Positions 39,502-50,193 of a stretch of DNA of 64,000 nucleotides are shown in pieces (position 1 is the first letter of the stretch; every line of letters begins with the position of its first letter). Source of the stretch: an uncultured delta proteobacterium. Its GTDB lineage: Bacteria; Desulfobacterota; Binatia; UBA9968. The notes beneath the pieces were generated by a model. The model worked only from the letters and a program-made list of their open reading frames with translations. It did not search any database and was not told where the DNA came from. Both the position numbers and the translations under genes were made by a program. Location of the stretch: positions 1,100,641 to 1,164,640 of the forward strand of contig CAVYTU010000017.1 of the NCBI GenBank assembly GCA_963771465.1. Direction: 5' to 3'.

Positions 39502-39967
39502 CTTTGATTCCCTTTGCCGCTTCTTTCACGGCGTCGACGATCTGCACGTAGCCGGTGCACATGCAAAGATTGCCCGCCAGCGCTTTGCGGATTTCCTCTT
39601 CCGTGGGATTCGGATTACGTTGCAACAGTGCCTGGCTGGTCATGACCATGCCCGGTGTGCAGTAGCCGCATTGAAACGCGTAGTTTTTGACGAACGCTTC
39701 CTGCACCGCATTGAGCTCGCCATCTTTGGCCAAACCTTCGATGGTGGTGATCTCGTGGCCGTCCGCTTGGACAGCGAAGTGTAGGCAAGACTTTACCACT
39801 TTACCGTCGAGCAGCACGGAACAAGCGCCGCATTCGCCGATCACGCAGCCGACGTGAGTGCCAGTGAGACCGATAGTTTCGCGGAGAAAATGCGCCAGTA
39901 AAATACGCGGCTCGACATCTTCTTCATAGAGCCGGCCGTTGATGGTCACCTGAATGGTTTGTTTCAT
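39494..39967 (-). CDS. (2Fe-2S)-binding subunit (CoxS-like)
   Basis: CVIGECGACSV, QCGYCTPG, NLCMCTGY. Confidence 0.92.
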   Translation of the reverse strand: MKQTIQVTINGRLYEEDVEPRILLAHFLRETIGLTGTHVGCVIGECGACSVLLDGKVVKSCLHFAVQADGHEITTIEGLAKDGELNAVQEAFVKNYAFQCGYCTPGMVMTSQALLQRNPNPTEEEIRKALAGNLCMCTGYVQIVDAVKEAAKGIKDG

Positions 39968-40349
39968 GAAGCCGGAGAATATCTGTAGAGATTCAGTGAA
40001 TCAAGCTTCCGGGCAACTTGCGCGAGGGTAGAGAACCTCGAACTTTACTTTCCCAACGGCATTGATTTCATTGCGAAGGCTTTGTTTCGGCGGCGACGCG
40101 GCGTTAACGAGTTTTACGGACGAAGTGAGTCAAGCGATTGCAGTTAATTCCCTCGCAGCTTGCTGCGGGAAATTTCATCAATTGCGGGCAGTCGAACCGA
40201 AGTCTCGCTTGATGGTATCGGGCGGCGTCCACTACGCCGCCCGAATAGAGAAGGGGAGGTCGTGAGTGCGAGGTTTGAGTTTTGACCTACTTTGGGTCCG
40301 AGTCGATCAACTTCGCGAGGCTCTTACGGCGCGTGCCCGGGGGCATTTC

Positions 40350-41138
40350 TCAGTTCGCTCTGCTGATCGGCCGCGCATCGGCGGACCGCACATATCCCGG
40401 AGGATTGCCGCGGTTTGACCGCACTTCGAGCCATTCGCCCGCAGCGCTTACGACGTTAAGCCGCGTGCCTGTGCCGATTTGCGAGATAACGCGCGCCGTC
40501 GATGACGCATTCTCATAGACCGATGTCGCCTGGGTTGTTTCATAGACCCCCGGCTCGACTGTTCGTCTTGCCGCAACCGGCTGAGGTAACGGCGGAGTCG
40601 TGTCCGGCGCGCGCCATGTAGGTCTCCTAACAGGCACGGATCGGCTCGCGATCGAACGATTTGTTTCACGGGTGGCGGCTCCAAGCCGCTGCTGTGATGC
40701 CGTGACCGCTTTCTGGCTTTCCTCTAGTTTGCTCGTCATTTCAGCGACATTTTTAGAGTTTTCGCTTAGTTGTTGCTGTAGTTGCGAGAGCTGGGCATGC
40801 TGGCTTTGAATAATCTGATCCTTTACTTGGAGCTGTTTTGAGTTCGCCTGCGATAACGCCGCTAGCTCGCTGCGTTGGATGTACCCGCCGGCCAAAAAGG
40901 CGCTCAAAACGACAACGAGCATGGCGACGGACCAGATAAACTTCGAAGGGATTGGGGATTTCTTCTTGCTATTCAATTCAATGCGAGGCTCCGACGATGG
41001 CTCCTTACGGTTAAGCCACTTAGGGGCAATCCCCGATAACAGATCGGCCTTGCAATAAGAACATTTCACAGCATCTTCGTCGATGCTGTTGGCACAGTAC
41101 GGGCAAAGTCGCGTCCGCTTGGTGGTTTCTTCGATCAT
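40350..41138 (-). CDS. Zinc-ribbon / TM / coiled-coil / SH3 protein
   Basis: CPYC..CSYC; one TM helix; Gln-rich coiled coil; C-terminal SH3b-like GEWLEV..GYV. Confidence 0.7.
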   Translation of the reverse strand: MIEETTKRTRLCPYCANSIDEDAVKCSYCKADLLSGIAPKWLNRKEPSSEPRIELNSKKKSPIPSKFIWSVAMLVVVLSAFLAGGYIQRSELAALSQANSKQLQVKDQIIQSQHAQLSQLQQQLSENSKNVAEMTSKLEESQKAVTASQQRLGAATRETNRSIASRSVPVRRPTWRAPDTTPPLPQPVAARRTVEPGVYETTQATSVYENASSTARVISQIGTGTRLNVVSAAGEWLEVRSNRGNPPGYVRSADARPISRAN

Positions 41139-41366
41139 AACTTTCCATCCTTAGCGCAGGGTTAATGATATCTTCGTATTCGGCAAGGCGCCACCCCGTT
41201 AGACGTACGGAAAGCCCAAATGTGAATATCGCCTCCTGGGGGCGCTGATCCCCCGAAAAATTTCAAGGTGTGCTTGAACCAGTCGACAATTTCAATGCCC
41301 CTAAGCTTGGAACCGAGGCTGGTTCATTAGGCCGTTATTGGAAACGGCTTGGAGGGCGGGAGCAAG

Positions 41367-42227
41367 TCAACTCGCGCGCTGCAGCGCTTCTTTGGCGGCG
41401 CGCTGGACCAAAACTTTGACCATTTCGCGTTTATAGTCAGCCGAGCCGCGGTTGTCGTCCACTGGATCGGTTTCGCTAGCGGCGACTTCGCCCATCTGGC
41501 GGAGCACCGCGTCGTCGATTGCTTTGCCGCGTAGAGTTTCTTCGGCTTGCTTGGCGCGCACGATTGTCGATGCGACGGAATTCAACCCCAGACGAACATC
41601 TTCACAGATTCCGTTCTTAACGCTTAACGTGATCGCTACCCCTACGGTGGCGAAGTCTTCGACGCTGCGCGGGGTGAATTTGATGTGCGACCAGCCACGA
41701 CGGCTTGGCGGTGGTACGCGAATCTCGGTCAGCAGCTCGCCGTCATGGAGCGCGGTCTGATAATAGTCGATAAAAAATTCATCGAGTTTCACGGTCCGCT
41801 GTCCAGCGCGGCTAGTGAGGACAACTTCGGCGTCGAGGGCAATCAGGCTTGCGCCAGGATCGGTCAACGGATCGCCGGCGGCGAGGTTGCCGCCGATGGT
41901 GCCCATGTTGCGAATGCGCGGCTGGGCGACGTTATGAAATGTCTCGTGCAAAATCGGGTAGTGTTTTTTGATCACCGGCGACAATTCGATGTCGCGATGG
42001 CGCGCGCCGGCGCCGATGCGTAGGCCGGTCTTTGCGTTGAAGCTGATCGTGTCGAACTTGGGTATTCTCGCTAAGCTTATGACCATCTTCGGCATCAAAA
42101 GCCGCTGGCGCATCATAATCAGCAACGACGTGCCGCCGGCGATGACGCGGCCATCGTCGCCGTGCTTTTCCATCAACGCCAGCACCTTCTTGAGGCTCGT
42201 CGGTTCGAGATAGTCGAAGCGAATCAT
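41367..42227 (-). CDS. Xanthine dehydrogenase family FAD-binding subunit
   Basis: AGGTSL, IRNMGTIGGN. Confidence 0.9.
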   Translation of the reverse strand: MIRFDYLEPTSLKKVLALMEKHGDDGRVIAGGTSLLIMMRQRLLMPKMVISLARIPKFDTISFNAKTGLRIGAGARHRDIELSPVIKKHYPILHETFHNVAQPRIRNMGTIGGNLAAGDPLTDPGASLIALDAEVVLTSRAGQRTVKLDEFFIDYYQTALHDGELLTEIRVPPPSRRGWSHIKFTPRSVEDFATVGVAITLSVKNGICEDVRLGLNSVASTIVRAKQAEETLRGKAIDDAVLRQMGEVAASETDPVDDNRGSADYKREMVKVLVQRAAKEALQRAS

Positions 42228-44506
42228 GACTCGGCTTTCTCTTTGAGCGCGCGCAGGATCTTTTCGGGTGTGATCGGCAGGGTTTTCACGCGCACGCCGA
42301 CCGCATCGAAAATCGCATTGTTGATCACCGCTGCGGTGGGATCCATATTGAGTTCGCCTAAACCTTTGGCGCCGAACGGTCCGGTCGGTTCATAGGAATC
42401 GGCGAAGGCATGCTCGAGCGGCGGCATGTCGCGCATGGAGGGAATCCGGTAGTCGGAAAAGTTTGGATTGATCGGCCTGCCTTCATCGATTTGCAAACCT
42501 TCGGTGAGGGCGTAGCCGATGCCCTGCGCTAACCCGCCTTCAACCTGGCCCTCGGCGCCGAGCGGATAAATCACCGTGCCGCAGTCCGAGGCGACGACCA
42601 TTTGCAAAACTTTTACTTGGCCGGTTTCCGGATCGACGTGAACTTGCGCGGCCTGAACGCCGTAATTGTAAGCGCCGGACTCGTTGCCGAAGCGCGTGCT
42701 GTCGGGCAACACCGAGTCAGCATCGAAACTGCCGGAGCCGACGATCGGCGCGCCGTTGTGGCGGAATAAACGAGCGCGGGCGACATCGGAAACCGTCACC
42801 GACTTGCCTTCGGCGCCCTTAACGAAAATCCTGCCGTCGCGCGACATCAAGTCGGCGGCGTTGGCTTCCAACATTTCCGCGGCTTGCTCGAAGAGTTGCT
42901 GCTTAACGTTAGTCGCTGCGTTCTTCACGGCATTGCCGCTGACGTAGGTAAGCCGGCTCGCGAAAGCGCCGAGGCAAAATGTCGTGAGATCGGTGTCGGC
43001 GCGGGAGATTTCCACGTCTTCGATCGGCACTCCCAACTCTTCCGCGGCGATCTGGCACATCGCGGTGTGCACGCCTTGGCCGCATTCGCCTTCGCCGCTG
43101 AGTATTAGCGCTTTGCCATCTTCATTGATCTTGATCGTTGCCGAGCTGCCGTCGTAGTCACCGAAATGGCGCTTGCCGCTGACGTGCACCGTGCAAGCCA
43201 AGCCGAGTCCGGTGTTCGGCGTTTTGTTGGCACGCTTGGCTTTCCAGTCGATCATCTTTTCGGTCATGTCGAGGCATTGCTTAAGCTCGCAGCTGGTGAC
43301 GCGATTGCCATGGGGCGAGACGTAGCCGACTTCGGCCGCGTTTATCCTGGCGATTTCCATCGGATCGATACCGAGAGCGTGGGCGCCGAGATCGATGGCT
43401 TGCTCCACCGCCCACTCGGCGGATGGATTGCCGAAACCGCGAAATGCGCCAGTGGGAACTTTGTTGGTGTAAATCAATTTGGCGTCGATCTTGACGTCGG
43501 AATATTTATAGCAAGTGTCATGGCGCATGGCGGCGACGCCGGTAATTGCCGGTGCTTTGGCCGAGTAGGCGCCGTTGTCGGCGATCACGTTCAATTCTTT
43601 GGCGCGGATGCGGCCGTCTTTCTTGAAACCCATCTTGACGTTGATCTTCATGAATACCCGCGGCCGGCAGCCGGCGAGAAATTCTTCTTCCCGGCTGTTG
43701 ATGAGCTTGACCGGCTTGCGCGCTTTCTTGGCCAACACAGCGGCCACCAGCGCGTTATTGTCGTCACAAGACTTGCCGCCGAAGCCGCCGCCGACGGCGC
43801 TCTGAATGATGCGCACGTCGGTTTCCGGCACACCCAACGCCGTGGCGATGCGATAGCGTGCGTTGAACAGCGTCTGGGTGTTCATGTAGATGGTGTATTT
43901 GCCGCTGGTGGCGTATTCCGCCACGCTGCCAATGGTTTCGATGGAGCAGTGCCACTGCGGCATGCTGGTGAAAGTGTCCTCGACGATCACGTCGGACTCG
44001 GCGAAGGCTTGGGCGATATTGCCACGCTCGAGATCTAAGTGCATGGCAATATTATTGGGCTTGTCGTCGTGCACTAACGGCGCGTCGTTTTTCATCGCAT
44101 CTTCGGCGTCGAACACGCCCGGTAACGGTTCCCAATCCACTTCGATCAGGTCGATCGCTTCTTCCGCGATGTCTGGATCGATCGCGGCGACCGCCGCAAC
44201 CTCCTCACCGACGTAACGGGTTTTACCGACGGAGAGAATATACTGGTCAGCAAAAAATGCGCCCCAAGGACGCTTGATCGTGTCCTCGGCGGTGACGACG
44301 GCGCGCACGCCCGGCAACTTCTCGGCTTTGCTGATGTCGATATTGCGAATGCGCGCGTGGGGGAAGGGGCTGCGCAGGACTTTTCCGACCAGCATGGCCG
44401 GCAGGTAAATATCGGCGATGTAAGCGGAGTCGCCGGTCACCTTGTCGAAGCCTTCGATCCGCTGCACGCGTTTGCCGACGACGGAAAAGTTTTGTGCTTT
44501 TGACAT
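42224..44506 (-). CDS. Xanthine dehydrogenase family molybdopterin subunit (HcrA-like clade)
   Basis: RSPFPHA, GGGFGGK, GAFRGFG, GAFASR, GPFGAKGLGE. Confidence 0.88.
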   Translation of the reverse strand: MSKAQNFSVVGKRVQRIEGFDKVTGDSAYIADIYLPAMLVGKVLRSPFPHARIRNIDISKAEKLPGVRAVVTAEDTIKRPWGAFFADQYILSVGKTRYVGEEVAAVAAIDPDIAEEAIDLIEVDWEPLPGVFDAEDAMKNDAPLVHDDKPNNIAMHLDLERGNIAQAFAESDVIVEDTFTSMPQWHCSIETIGSVAEYATSGKYTIYMNTQTLFNARYRIATALGVPETDVRIIQSAVGGGFGGKSCDDNNALVAAVLAKKARKPVKLINSREEEFLAGCRPRVFMKINVKMGFKKDGRIRAKELNVIADNGAYSAKAPAITGVAAMRHDTCYKYSDVKIDAKLIYTNKVPTGAFRGFGNPSAEWAVEQAIDLGAHALGIDPMEIARINAAEVGYVSPHGNRVTSCELKQCLDMTEKMIDWKAKRANKTPNTGLGLACTVHVSGKRHFGDYDGSSATIKINEDGKALILSGEGECGQGVHTAMCQIAAEELGVPIEDVEISRADTDLTTFCLGAFASRLTYVSGNAVKNAATNVKQQLFEQAAEMLEANAADLMSRDGRIFVKGAEGKSVTVSDVARARLFRHNGAPIVGSGSFDADSVLPDSTRFGNESGAYNYGVQAAQVHVDPETGQVKVLQMVVASDCGTVIYPLGAEGQVEGGLAQGIGYALTEGLQIDEGRPINPNFSDYRIPSMRDMPPLEHAFADSYEPTGPFGAKGLGELNMDPTAAVINNAIFDAVGVRVKTLPITPEKILRALKEKAES

Positions 44507-44587
44507 GATGCTCTCGTCTTAACGTTGGCGGTTTCTTGGATGAGGCCCTTGGCAATGCTAAGGGCGAGATGATGCTAACAAAGGCGA

Positions 44588-45139
44588 TCAGCTCGTTTTC
44601 GCTACCGGCTTATAAACGTCCAGGCTCTGAATCTTCGCCGTATAGTCGCGTTTGCGAAAGGCGTAATTGGGATCGAGCTTGTTGTTGACCACGGCCATGA
44701 TCGATTCGAGAATTTTATAGTAACCGGTGCAGCGGCAGAGATTGCCCGACATCCAATCTTTGACTTCTACTTCCGTCGGGCTGGGATTCTCATCGAGTAG
44801 CGCTTTGGCGGCCATGATTTGACCGGGCGTGCAGATGCCGCACTGAAAGCCGCCGTACTCAATGAAGGCCTGCTGCAGCGGATGAAGCTTGCCGTCTTGC
44901 GCCAGACCTTCAATGGTTTCGATCTTTTTGCCGACGCAGCCAGCGGCGAGGGTGAGGCATGAGCTCACCAGCCGGCCGTCGACGATAACGCTGCACGCGC
45001 CGCACACGCCGATGCTGCAACCTTCTTTGGTGCCGGTGAGACCGATGGTGTCGCGCAGCACTTGCAGGAGCAAGCGATTGGCTTCAACTTCGACCTCGTA
45101 GGATTGGCCATTGACGTCGAGGGTCAGTTGCTTTTTCAT
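44588..45139 (-). CDS. (2Fe-2S)-binding subunit
   Basis: GCSIGVCGACSV, QCGICTPG, NLCRCTGY. Confidence 0.92.
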   Translation of the reverse strand: MKKQLTLDVNGQSYEVEVEANRLLLQVLRDTIGLTGTKEGCSIGVCGACSVIVDGRLVSSCLTLAAGCVGKKIETIEGLAQDGKLHPLQQAFIEYGGFQCGICTPGQIMAAKALLDENPSPTEVEVKDWMSGNLCRCTGYYKILESIMAVVNNKLDPNYAFRKRDYTAKIQSLDVYKPVAKTS

Positions 45140-45143
45140 CGCG

Positions 45144-46802
45144 TTAAACGGATCGGCCCGAGTGGGTCTTGCCCCAGCGAGCGCGCATCGTCTTCATGGT
45201 ATCGCCTTCACCGATCTCGACGCGAGTTTGGCGCAAACGCTCCCAGACTTGTTCATGCTCGCTGTTGGCCGCGAGATCGGCTTCCGCCGATAAATCGTCG
45301 GGCCAATAGCCCATTAAGTAACCGTGCCAAGGCTCTTGCGGTTCGAGTTTCGGCAAGCCGAGTTCTTCCCACAGTTCTTTGGCGCGCACCATGAACTCTT
45401 TCTTGGGCAACGAGAGGGGTGGAAAGTCGGCTTTTCTCGTCGCGTCGATCAACACCGACGATTCGCAGTTGTCGTAGCGGCTCGATGGGTGGGTACAGAC
45501 CATGCCGATGGGCGTGGCGCCAAACGGACGGTCGGGAATAATTTTAAAATCTTTGTGCGGCTGCGAACGGTGGGTGATCGCCCAGGTGACTGCGACAAGG
45601 TCTTTGATATTGATATCTTCGTCGACGGCGACCACCATCTTGCCGACTCGATCACCGTAGTCCAATATCGCTTGCATCACTTGCCCAGGCTCTTCATCGT
45701 TACGTTTCTTGAGACTGACGGCGACGTAGGGGCGCAGATTGACCAGCGGTTCGATCAGATGGACATCGTGCACGCTGTCAAAACCTTTCTTGATCAGGTA
45801 GCGCTTGATCAAAGTCGACATGCCCATCGCTTTGATCTTGGAGCTTTCGCTCGGCGTTACCTGGCTGATGATCGAAACCCAGATGGGATTTTTCCGATGG
45901 GTAACGCATTTCAATTCGAACATCAGGCTCAAAGTACGCGGGTCGATATAGCCCATGGACTCGCCGTAGGGGCCTTCTTCTTCCATGTACTGGGTCGGAA
46001 TGATGCCCTCGAGGACGATCTCCGAAGTGGCCGGCACTTCGAGATCGACGGTTTTGCATTTGATTAATTTGACCGGCGCGCCTTGCAGACCGCCGGCGAG
46101 GGCGAGCTCATCGACATCGGGAGGAACTTTCTGCGTCGCTGCATAGGAAACCACCGGAATCGTGCCGACAACGATGGCGACTTCCAGCGGTTTGCCCATG
46201 CGCCGGCACTTTTCCCACTGATTGGACAAGTCTTGCGGCGTACCGGTCATCAGGCCGCTGCGGTCCGGCCCTTTGATCAGACCGCGGTAGTTGCCGACGT
46301 TGCGCTGTCCGGTTTCCGGATCTTTGGTGATCCAATGGCCGGCGGTGATGTAAGGACCGTTATCGAAGCCCGGCGTCGAGATTGGAATCGCAAACTCATT
46401 GATACCGCCATGGGCGAGTAGCTCGGCGCCCATATGAATTTCTTCTTGCGCCGGGCCGCTATCGACCATTACTGGCGCAATCAGATGATCGAGCGCGTAT
46501 ATCCAGCGATCGGGGACTTCTTCGGGCTCGCATTTCAATCCCAGACTGTAAATTGCCGAAGAACCCGAAAGCCCGCCGACGAGAACCCGGCAGTTGTATT
46601 TGTGTTTTTTGCCGTCGACAACGTTATCGAACAAAAAGCCGCGCCGAGCTTCCTCAGCGATGCCGCCGCGATACTGCCAACGCACCAGCGGTTGGAGCTC
46701 GCTGTCCTTGTTGATTTCCTTGCTGATGCGATAAAGCTTTTCATGCTCATCAAGGACGCTGATGAATTCTCTCAAGTCTTCGTACGGTTTGGCAAAATTC
46801 AT
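45144..46802 (-). CDS. UbiD-family (prFMN-dependent) decarboxylase
   Basis: DLREFI, NVGNYR, VPATSEIVLEG, EGPYGESMGY, VDEDI. Confidence 0.88.
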   Translation of the reverse strand: MNFAKPYEDLREFISVLDEHEKLYRISKEINKDSELQPLVRWQYRGGIAEEARRGFLFDNVVDGKKHKYNCRVLVGGLSGSSAIYSLGLKCEPEEVPDRWIYALDHLIAPVMVDSGPAQEEIHMGAELLAHGGINEFAIPISTPGFDNGPYITAGHWITKDPETGQRNVGNYRGLIKGPDRSGLMTGTPQDLSNQWEKCRRMGKPLEVAIVVGTIPVVSYAATQKVPPDVDELALAGGLQGAPVKLIKCKTVDLEVPATSEIVLEGIIPTQYMEEEGPYGESMGYIDPRTLSLMFELKCVTHRKNPIWVSIISQVTPSESSKIKAMGMSTLIKRYLIKKGFDSVHDVHLIEPLVNLRPYVAVSLKKRNDEEPGQVMQAILDYGDRVGKMVVAVDEDINIKDLVAVTWAITHRSQPHKDFKIIPDRPFGATPIGMVCTHPSSRYDNCESSVLIDATRKADFPPLSLPKKEFMVRAKELWEELGLPKLEPQEPWHGYLMGYWPDDLSAEADLAANSEHEQVWERLRQTRVEIGEGDTMKTMRARWGKTHSGRSV

Positions 46803-46902
46803 AGGACTTTTGTCTATGCTTTTTTTCCGTCTGATTCAAGTCGGAGTATGAAATTCACTTGCAAAAAAACATCCCGATCCGTAAGATTGGTTGCTCACCG
46901 AT

Positions 46903-48300
46903 ATGGCGCTCCGAATGTTTAATACGTTGAGCGGCGCGAAAGAGATATTTTCGCCGCTGACGCCGGGAAAGGTGCGCATGTATGTCTGCGGCGTCACGGT
47001 CTATGACTCGGCGCATCTCGGTCACTGCCGCTTTCTGCTGACTTTCGACGTGATTTTCCGTTATCTCCGTTTCTGCGGCTACGATGTTGACTATGCGCGG
47101 AACTTCACTGACGTCGACGACAAGATTATCAAGCGCGCCAACGATGAAGGCGTCGATTGCGCGGCGATCACCGAACGCTATATCGCCGAATTCAATCGCG
47201 ACGGCGCCGCGCTGGCGTTGTTGGCGCCTAGCGTCGAGCCGCGGGCGACGCAGCATATTACGGAAATCATTGCGATCATTCGCCAGCTTGAGGCAAAAGG
47301 TCTCGCTTATTGCATCGACGGCGATGTTTATTACGCGGTCGGTGGATTTGCGGGCTACGGCAAACTGTCGGGCAAAAAGATCGACGAGATCGAAGCCGGC
47401 GCAAGGGTCGAAATAGACGAACGCAAGCGCTCGCCGCTCGATTTTGCGCTGTGGAAGTCGAGCAAGCCCGGCGAGCCGACTTGGGAGAGTCCATGGGGTC
47501 CCGGGCGGCCGGGCTGGCATATCGAATGCTCGGCGATGAGCACGAAATATTTGGGCCAGCCGTTCGATATTCACGGCGGCGGGCGCGATCTGATTTTTCC
47601 CCACCATGAAAATGAGATCGCCCAATCCGAAGGCGCAACGGGTCAGCCGTTGGCGCGTTATTGGATCCACAACGGCTTTCTCAATATCAATCAGGAAAAG
47701 ATGTCGAAGTCGCTCGGTAATTTTTTCACCATCCGGGAAGTGCTCGAAAACTTCGATGCGGCGGCATTACGCCATTATTTTCTGTCGAGCCACTACCGCA
47801 GCCCGATGGATTTCTCCAAGGATGGACTCGAAGAAGCTGGCAAAGCGATCGATCGCATCTATGAAACCGTCGATCGAGTTGACCGCGCGGTTAATTCCGT
47901 CGCCGCGGCCGACGGCGCGCTGATGGCGTCATTTCGTCAGGAAATGGATGATGACTTCAACACGCCTCGGGCGCTGGCGCTGGTCTTCGACGAAGTGCGT
48001 GCGCTCAATCGGTTGCTCGACGACAAGCAGCTAAAAGGGGTTGAGCCCCGCGCCGCGGCATTGCGTTCGATGTGCGATACTCTCGGTCTATTGCACGAAG
48101 GCTATTTCGAGCGCAAAAAAATCCGCTGGCTCGGCAAGGCGACGATCAGCCGTGATGGTATCGAGAACCTCATCGGTGAACGGGAGCGGGCGCGTAAAGC
48201 GAAGAACTGGGGCGAGGCCGATCGGATTCGCAACCAACTTGCCGCCAGCGGTGTCATCATCGAAGACACGCCGGAAGGGACGGTATGGAAAGTAAAATGA
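46903..48300 (+). CDS. cysS: Cysteine--tRNA ligase
   Basis: CGVTVYD..HLGH, GRPGWHIECS, KMSKS. Confidence 0.97.
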   Translation: MALRMFNTLSGAKEIFSPLTPGKVRMYVCGVTVYDSAHLGHCRFLLTFDVIFRYLRFCGYDVDYARNFTDVDDKIIKRANDEGVDCAAITERYIAEFNRDGAALALLAPSVEPRATQHITEIIAIIRQLEAKGLAYCIDGDVYYAVGGFAGYGKLSGKKIDEIEAGARVEIDERKRSPLDFALWKSSKPGEPTWESPWGPGRPGWHIECSAMSTKYLGQPFDIHGGGRDLIFPHHENEIAQSEGATGQPLARYWIHNGFLNINQEKMSKSLGNFFTIREVLENFDAAALRHYFLSSHYRSPMDFSKDGLEEAGKAIDRIYETVDRVDRAVNSVAAADGALMASFRQEMDDDFNTPRALALVFDEVRALNRLLDDKQLKGVEPRAAALRSMCDTLGLLHEGYFERKKIRWLGKATISRDGIENLIGERERARKAKNWGEADRIRNQLAASGVIIEDTPEGTVWKVK

Positions 48301-50108
48301 AGCGCGGTTTACTTTGGCTGCTGGCGATCTCAGTGTGGTCGCCGGCGTCAAACACACTCGCTGCCGCGCCGGAAGGCGCGCCCAAGGCGCCGGAAATAAG
48401 CTTGCGCAAAGCGGTCAATACCCGACAGTTCCAGGGCAAGGAAATCGAAGGCGAGGATCGTCAGGTCGCCCCGGGCGACTCTCTGTGGCGGATTCTTGTC
48501 GAAGAAAAGGGCGTGGCGGGGAAGCAATTTCGCAGCTATGTGGTCATCATCCGGGGTTTGAATCCACAGATCAAAAATCTCGACGTGCTGCGCGTCGGCG
48601 ACAAAATTTTTATTCCATTGCAAGCGGAACAGTTGGTCAAAAGCGCGACTCCCGGCGAAGTTCTCGTGACTGATAAAGCACAGCCAACCAAAGGATTAAC
48701 CAACAACTATCGGATTAAGGCCGGCGAACACCTTTATCAAATATTGCGCGAGCAGTTGAAGGTCAGCGATGAACGCAAGGTGGCGCAATACTATGCGCTA
48801 GTGAAAGACCTCAATCCCGAGCGCAAGAATTGGGACACGCTTGTAGAAGGCGAGACGATTCGTTTGCCGGTCGTCGGCCAGAGTTATGATACGCCGACGC
48901 TCGCGGCAGCGCCTGTGAAACCGATCGCTGAGCCGGTTGCGCCGGCCCAAGTAAAAGCCGCTCCCGAGGTGAAGTCGGTCGCCGAGGATAAGGGAGCGGC
49001 GCCGGCGCGGACAGAGAATAGAGTCGACCGGCGCCAGGCGCTGCGTTCGCCGGCGAAAGAAAACTTGGCGCTGTTTGCCAAAGTTGCCGAAGCCATGGGC
49101 AGCCAAGTACAACAAAGCGGTGAAGAAGTGATCGGTATGAAAGAGGGCGCCGTTCGTTTCGACAAAACAAAATATCCGGTGGTTTATCATCCCGCTCTCG
49201 GGCAACGCGTAGTGATCGACCCCGAAGGGAGTATCCCCGCCTCGCTGCGCAGCAGATTGGCGGAGCCGAGTATTGGGGCGCCGATCTTGCCGATGGCCAA
49301 CGGGGTTTCGATTCAAGACGCGGTGAGCCAGTTGCTTTCCGAGTTGGGCTACCAGGCCTTGCCGACGGACCGGCCGGTGGTGATACAAGAAGACGGCGTG
49401 TCGTATGAAGCCAAAGGCAACTGGATGGCTTTGGCGCCCGAAGAAAGCAACAAGCCGCAGCAGGTGTTCATCATCAATGTCACCGACGACGTCGGCGAAA
49501 TTCCCGAATATTTAAAACTGCAACTGCTAAAAAACGGTCTGCATTTCAAAGATGTATTGCTGCCGTCGTCGGCCGCGCCGATACGAAGTGAGACGCCCAG
49601 CGCGGCGGATTCGCGTGTGGCATCCACCAAAGTGTGGCCGCGCGATAAAAAAGAAATCGTCGATGCGTTACTGTTGTCGCTTCACGTACCCTTCGGCGTC
49701 GCCGAGACATTGTCGGTGGAACTCCAAAGTGGTTTACGGATCGATGCGCGCACCGATCGAATATTCGAGCTCGGCGGCAAGCGCACGGCATTATTTTTCC
49801 AACGCTCCGACCCGGAAATTCGAAAAGCGTTGCAAGACAAAGAAGGCGTGCGCACCGTGGAGCTGGAAATTGGCGCGCTTTCATCGCGTGAGATCATCAC
49901 TCGATTGCTCAATCTAGTGGGCGATCCATCGGCCTATCGGGAACATCGCTTTGCCGCGGCCGCCGGCGCCGCACAGGATCGCTTGACCGTAACGGCATGG
50001 GGGTTTCATCTGCCAAAACGGTCGCTGTTCATCACCGATCGGCAGATTCCCGCGCCACTGCATCGTTTCTTTTTTGAAAAAGGCTTGGAGATCGTTTATT
50101 TTCAATAG
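48297..50108 (+). CDS. Exported LysM-domain protein
   Basis: Signal peptide; two LysM-like repeats (VAPGDSLW..LNP..LRVGDKIFIP; IKAGEHLY..LNP..LVEGETIRLP). Confidence 0.75.
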   Translation: MKRGLLWLLAISVWSPASNTLAAAPEGAPKAPEISLRKAVNTRQFQGKEIEGEDRQVAPGDSLWRILVEEKGVAGKQFRSYVVIIRGLNPQIKNLDVLRVGDKIFIPLQAEQLVKSATPGEVLVTDKAQPTKGLTNNYRIKAGEHLYQILREQLKVSDERKVAQYYALVKDLNPERKNWDTLVEGETIRLPVVGQSYDTPTLAAAPVKPIAEPVAPAQVKAAPEVKSVAEDKGAAPARTENRVDRRQALRSPAKENLALFAKVAEAMGSQVQQSGEEVIGMKEGAVRFDKTKYPVVYHPALGQRVVIDPEGSIPASLRSRLAEPSIGAPILPMANGVSIQDAVSQLLSELGYQALPTDRPVVIQEDGVSYEAKGNWMALAPEESNKPQQVFIINVTDDVGEIPEYLKLQLLKNGLHFKDVLLPSSAAPIRSETPSAADSRVASTKVWPRDKKEIVDALLLSLHVPFGVAETLSVELQSGLRIDARTDRIFELGGKRTALFFQRSDPEIRKALQDKEGVRTVELEIGALSSREIITRLLNLVGDPSAYREHRFAAAAGAAQDRLTVTAWGFHLPKRSLFITDRQIPAPLHRFFFEKGLEIVYFQ

Positions 50109-50114
50109 CCGCGC

Positions 50115-50191
50115 GCGCCCGTAGCTCAACTGGACAGAGCATCAGACTTCGAATCTGAGGGTTGGCGGTTCAAATCCGTCCGGGCGCGCCA
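50115..50191 (+). tRNA. tRNA-Arg (anticodon UCG)
   Basis: Acceptor stem GCGCCCG/CGGGCGC, anticodon arm TCAGA-CTTCGAA-TCTGA, GGTTCAAATCC T-arm, encoded CCA. Confidence 0.95.
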
Positions 50192-50193
50192 TA

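Noticed and set aside
36215-39967. Aerobic CO dehydrogenase (coxMSL)
   Set aside because: It lacks the AYxCSFR Cu-binding loop and the accessory cox genes.
43166-44038. Long antisense ORFs (also 46855-47670, 13057-13779, 45324-46067)
   Set aside because: These are shadow ORFs opposite well-conserved genes in GC-rich DNA, with no protein motifs.
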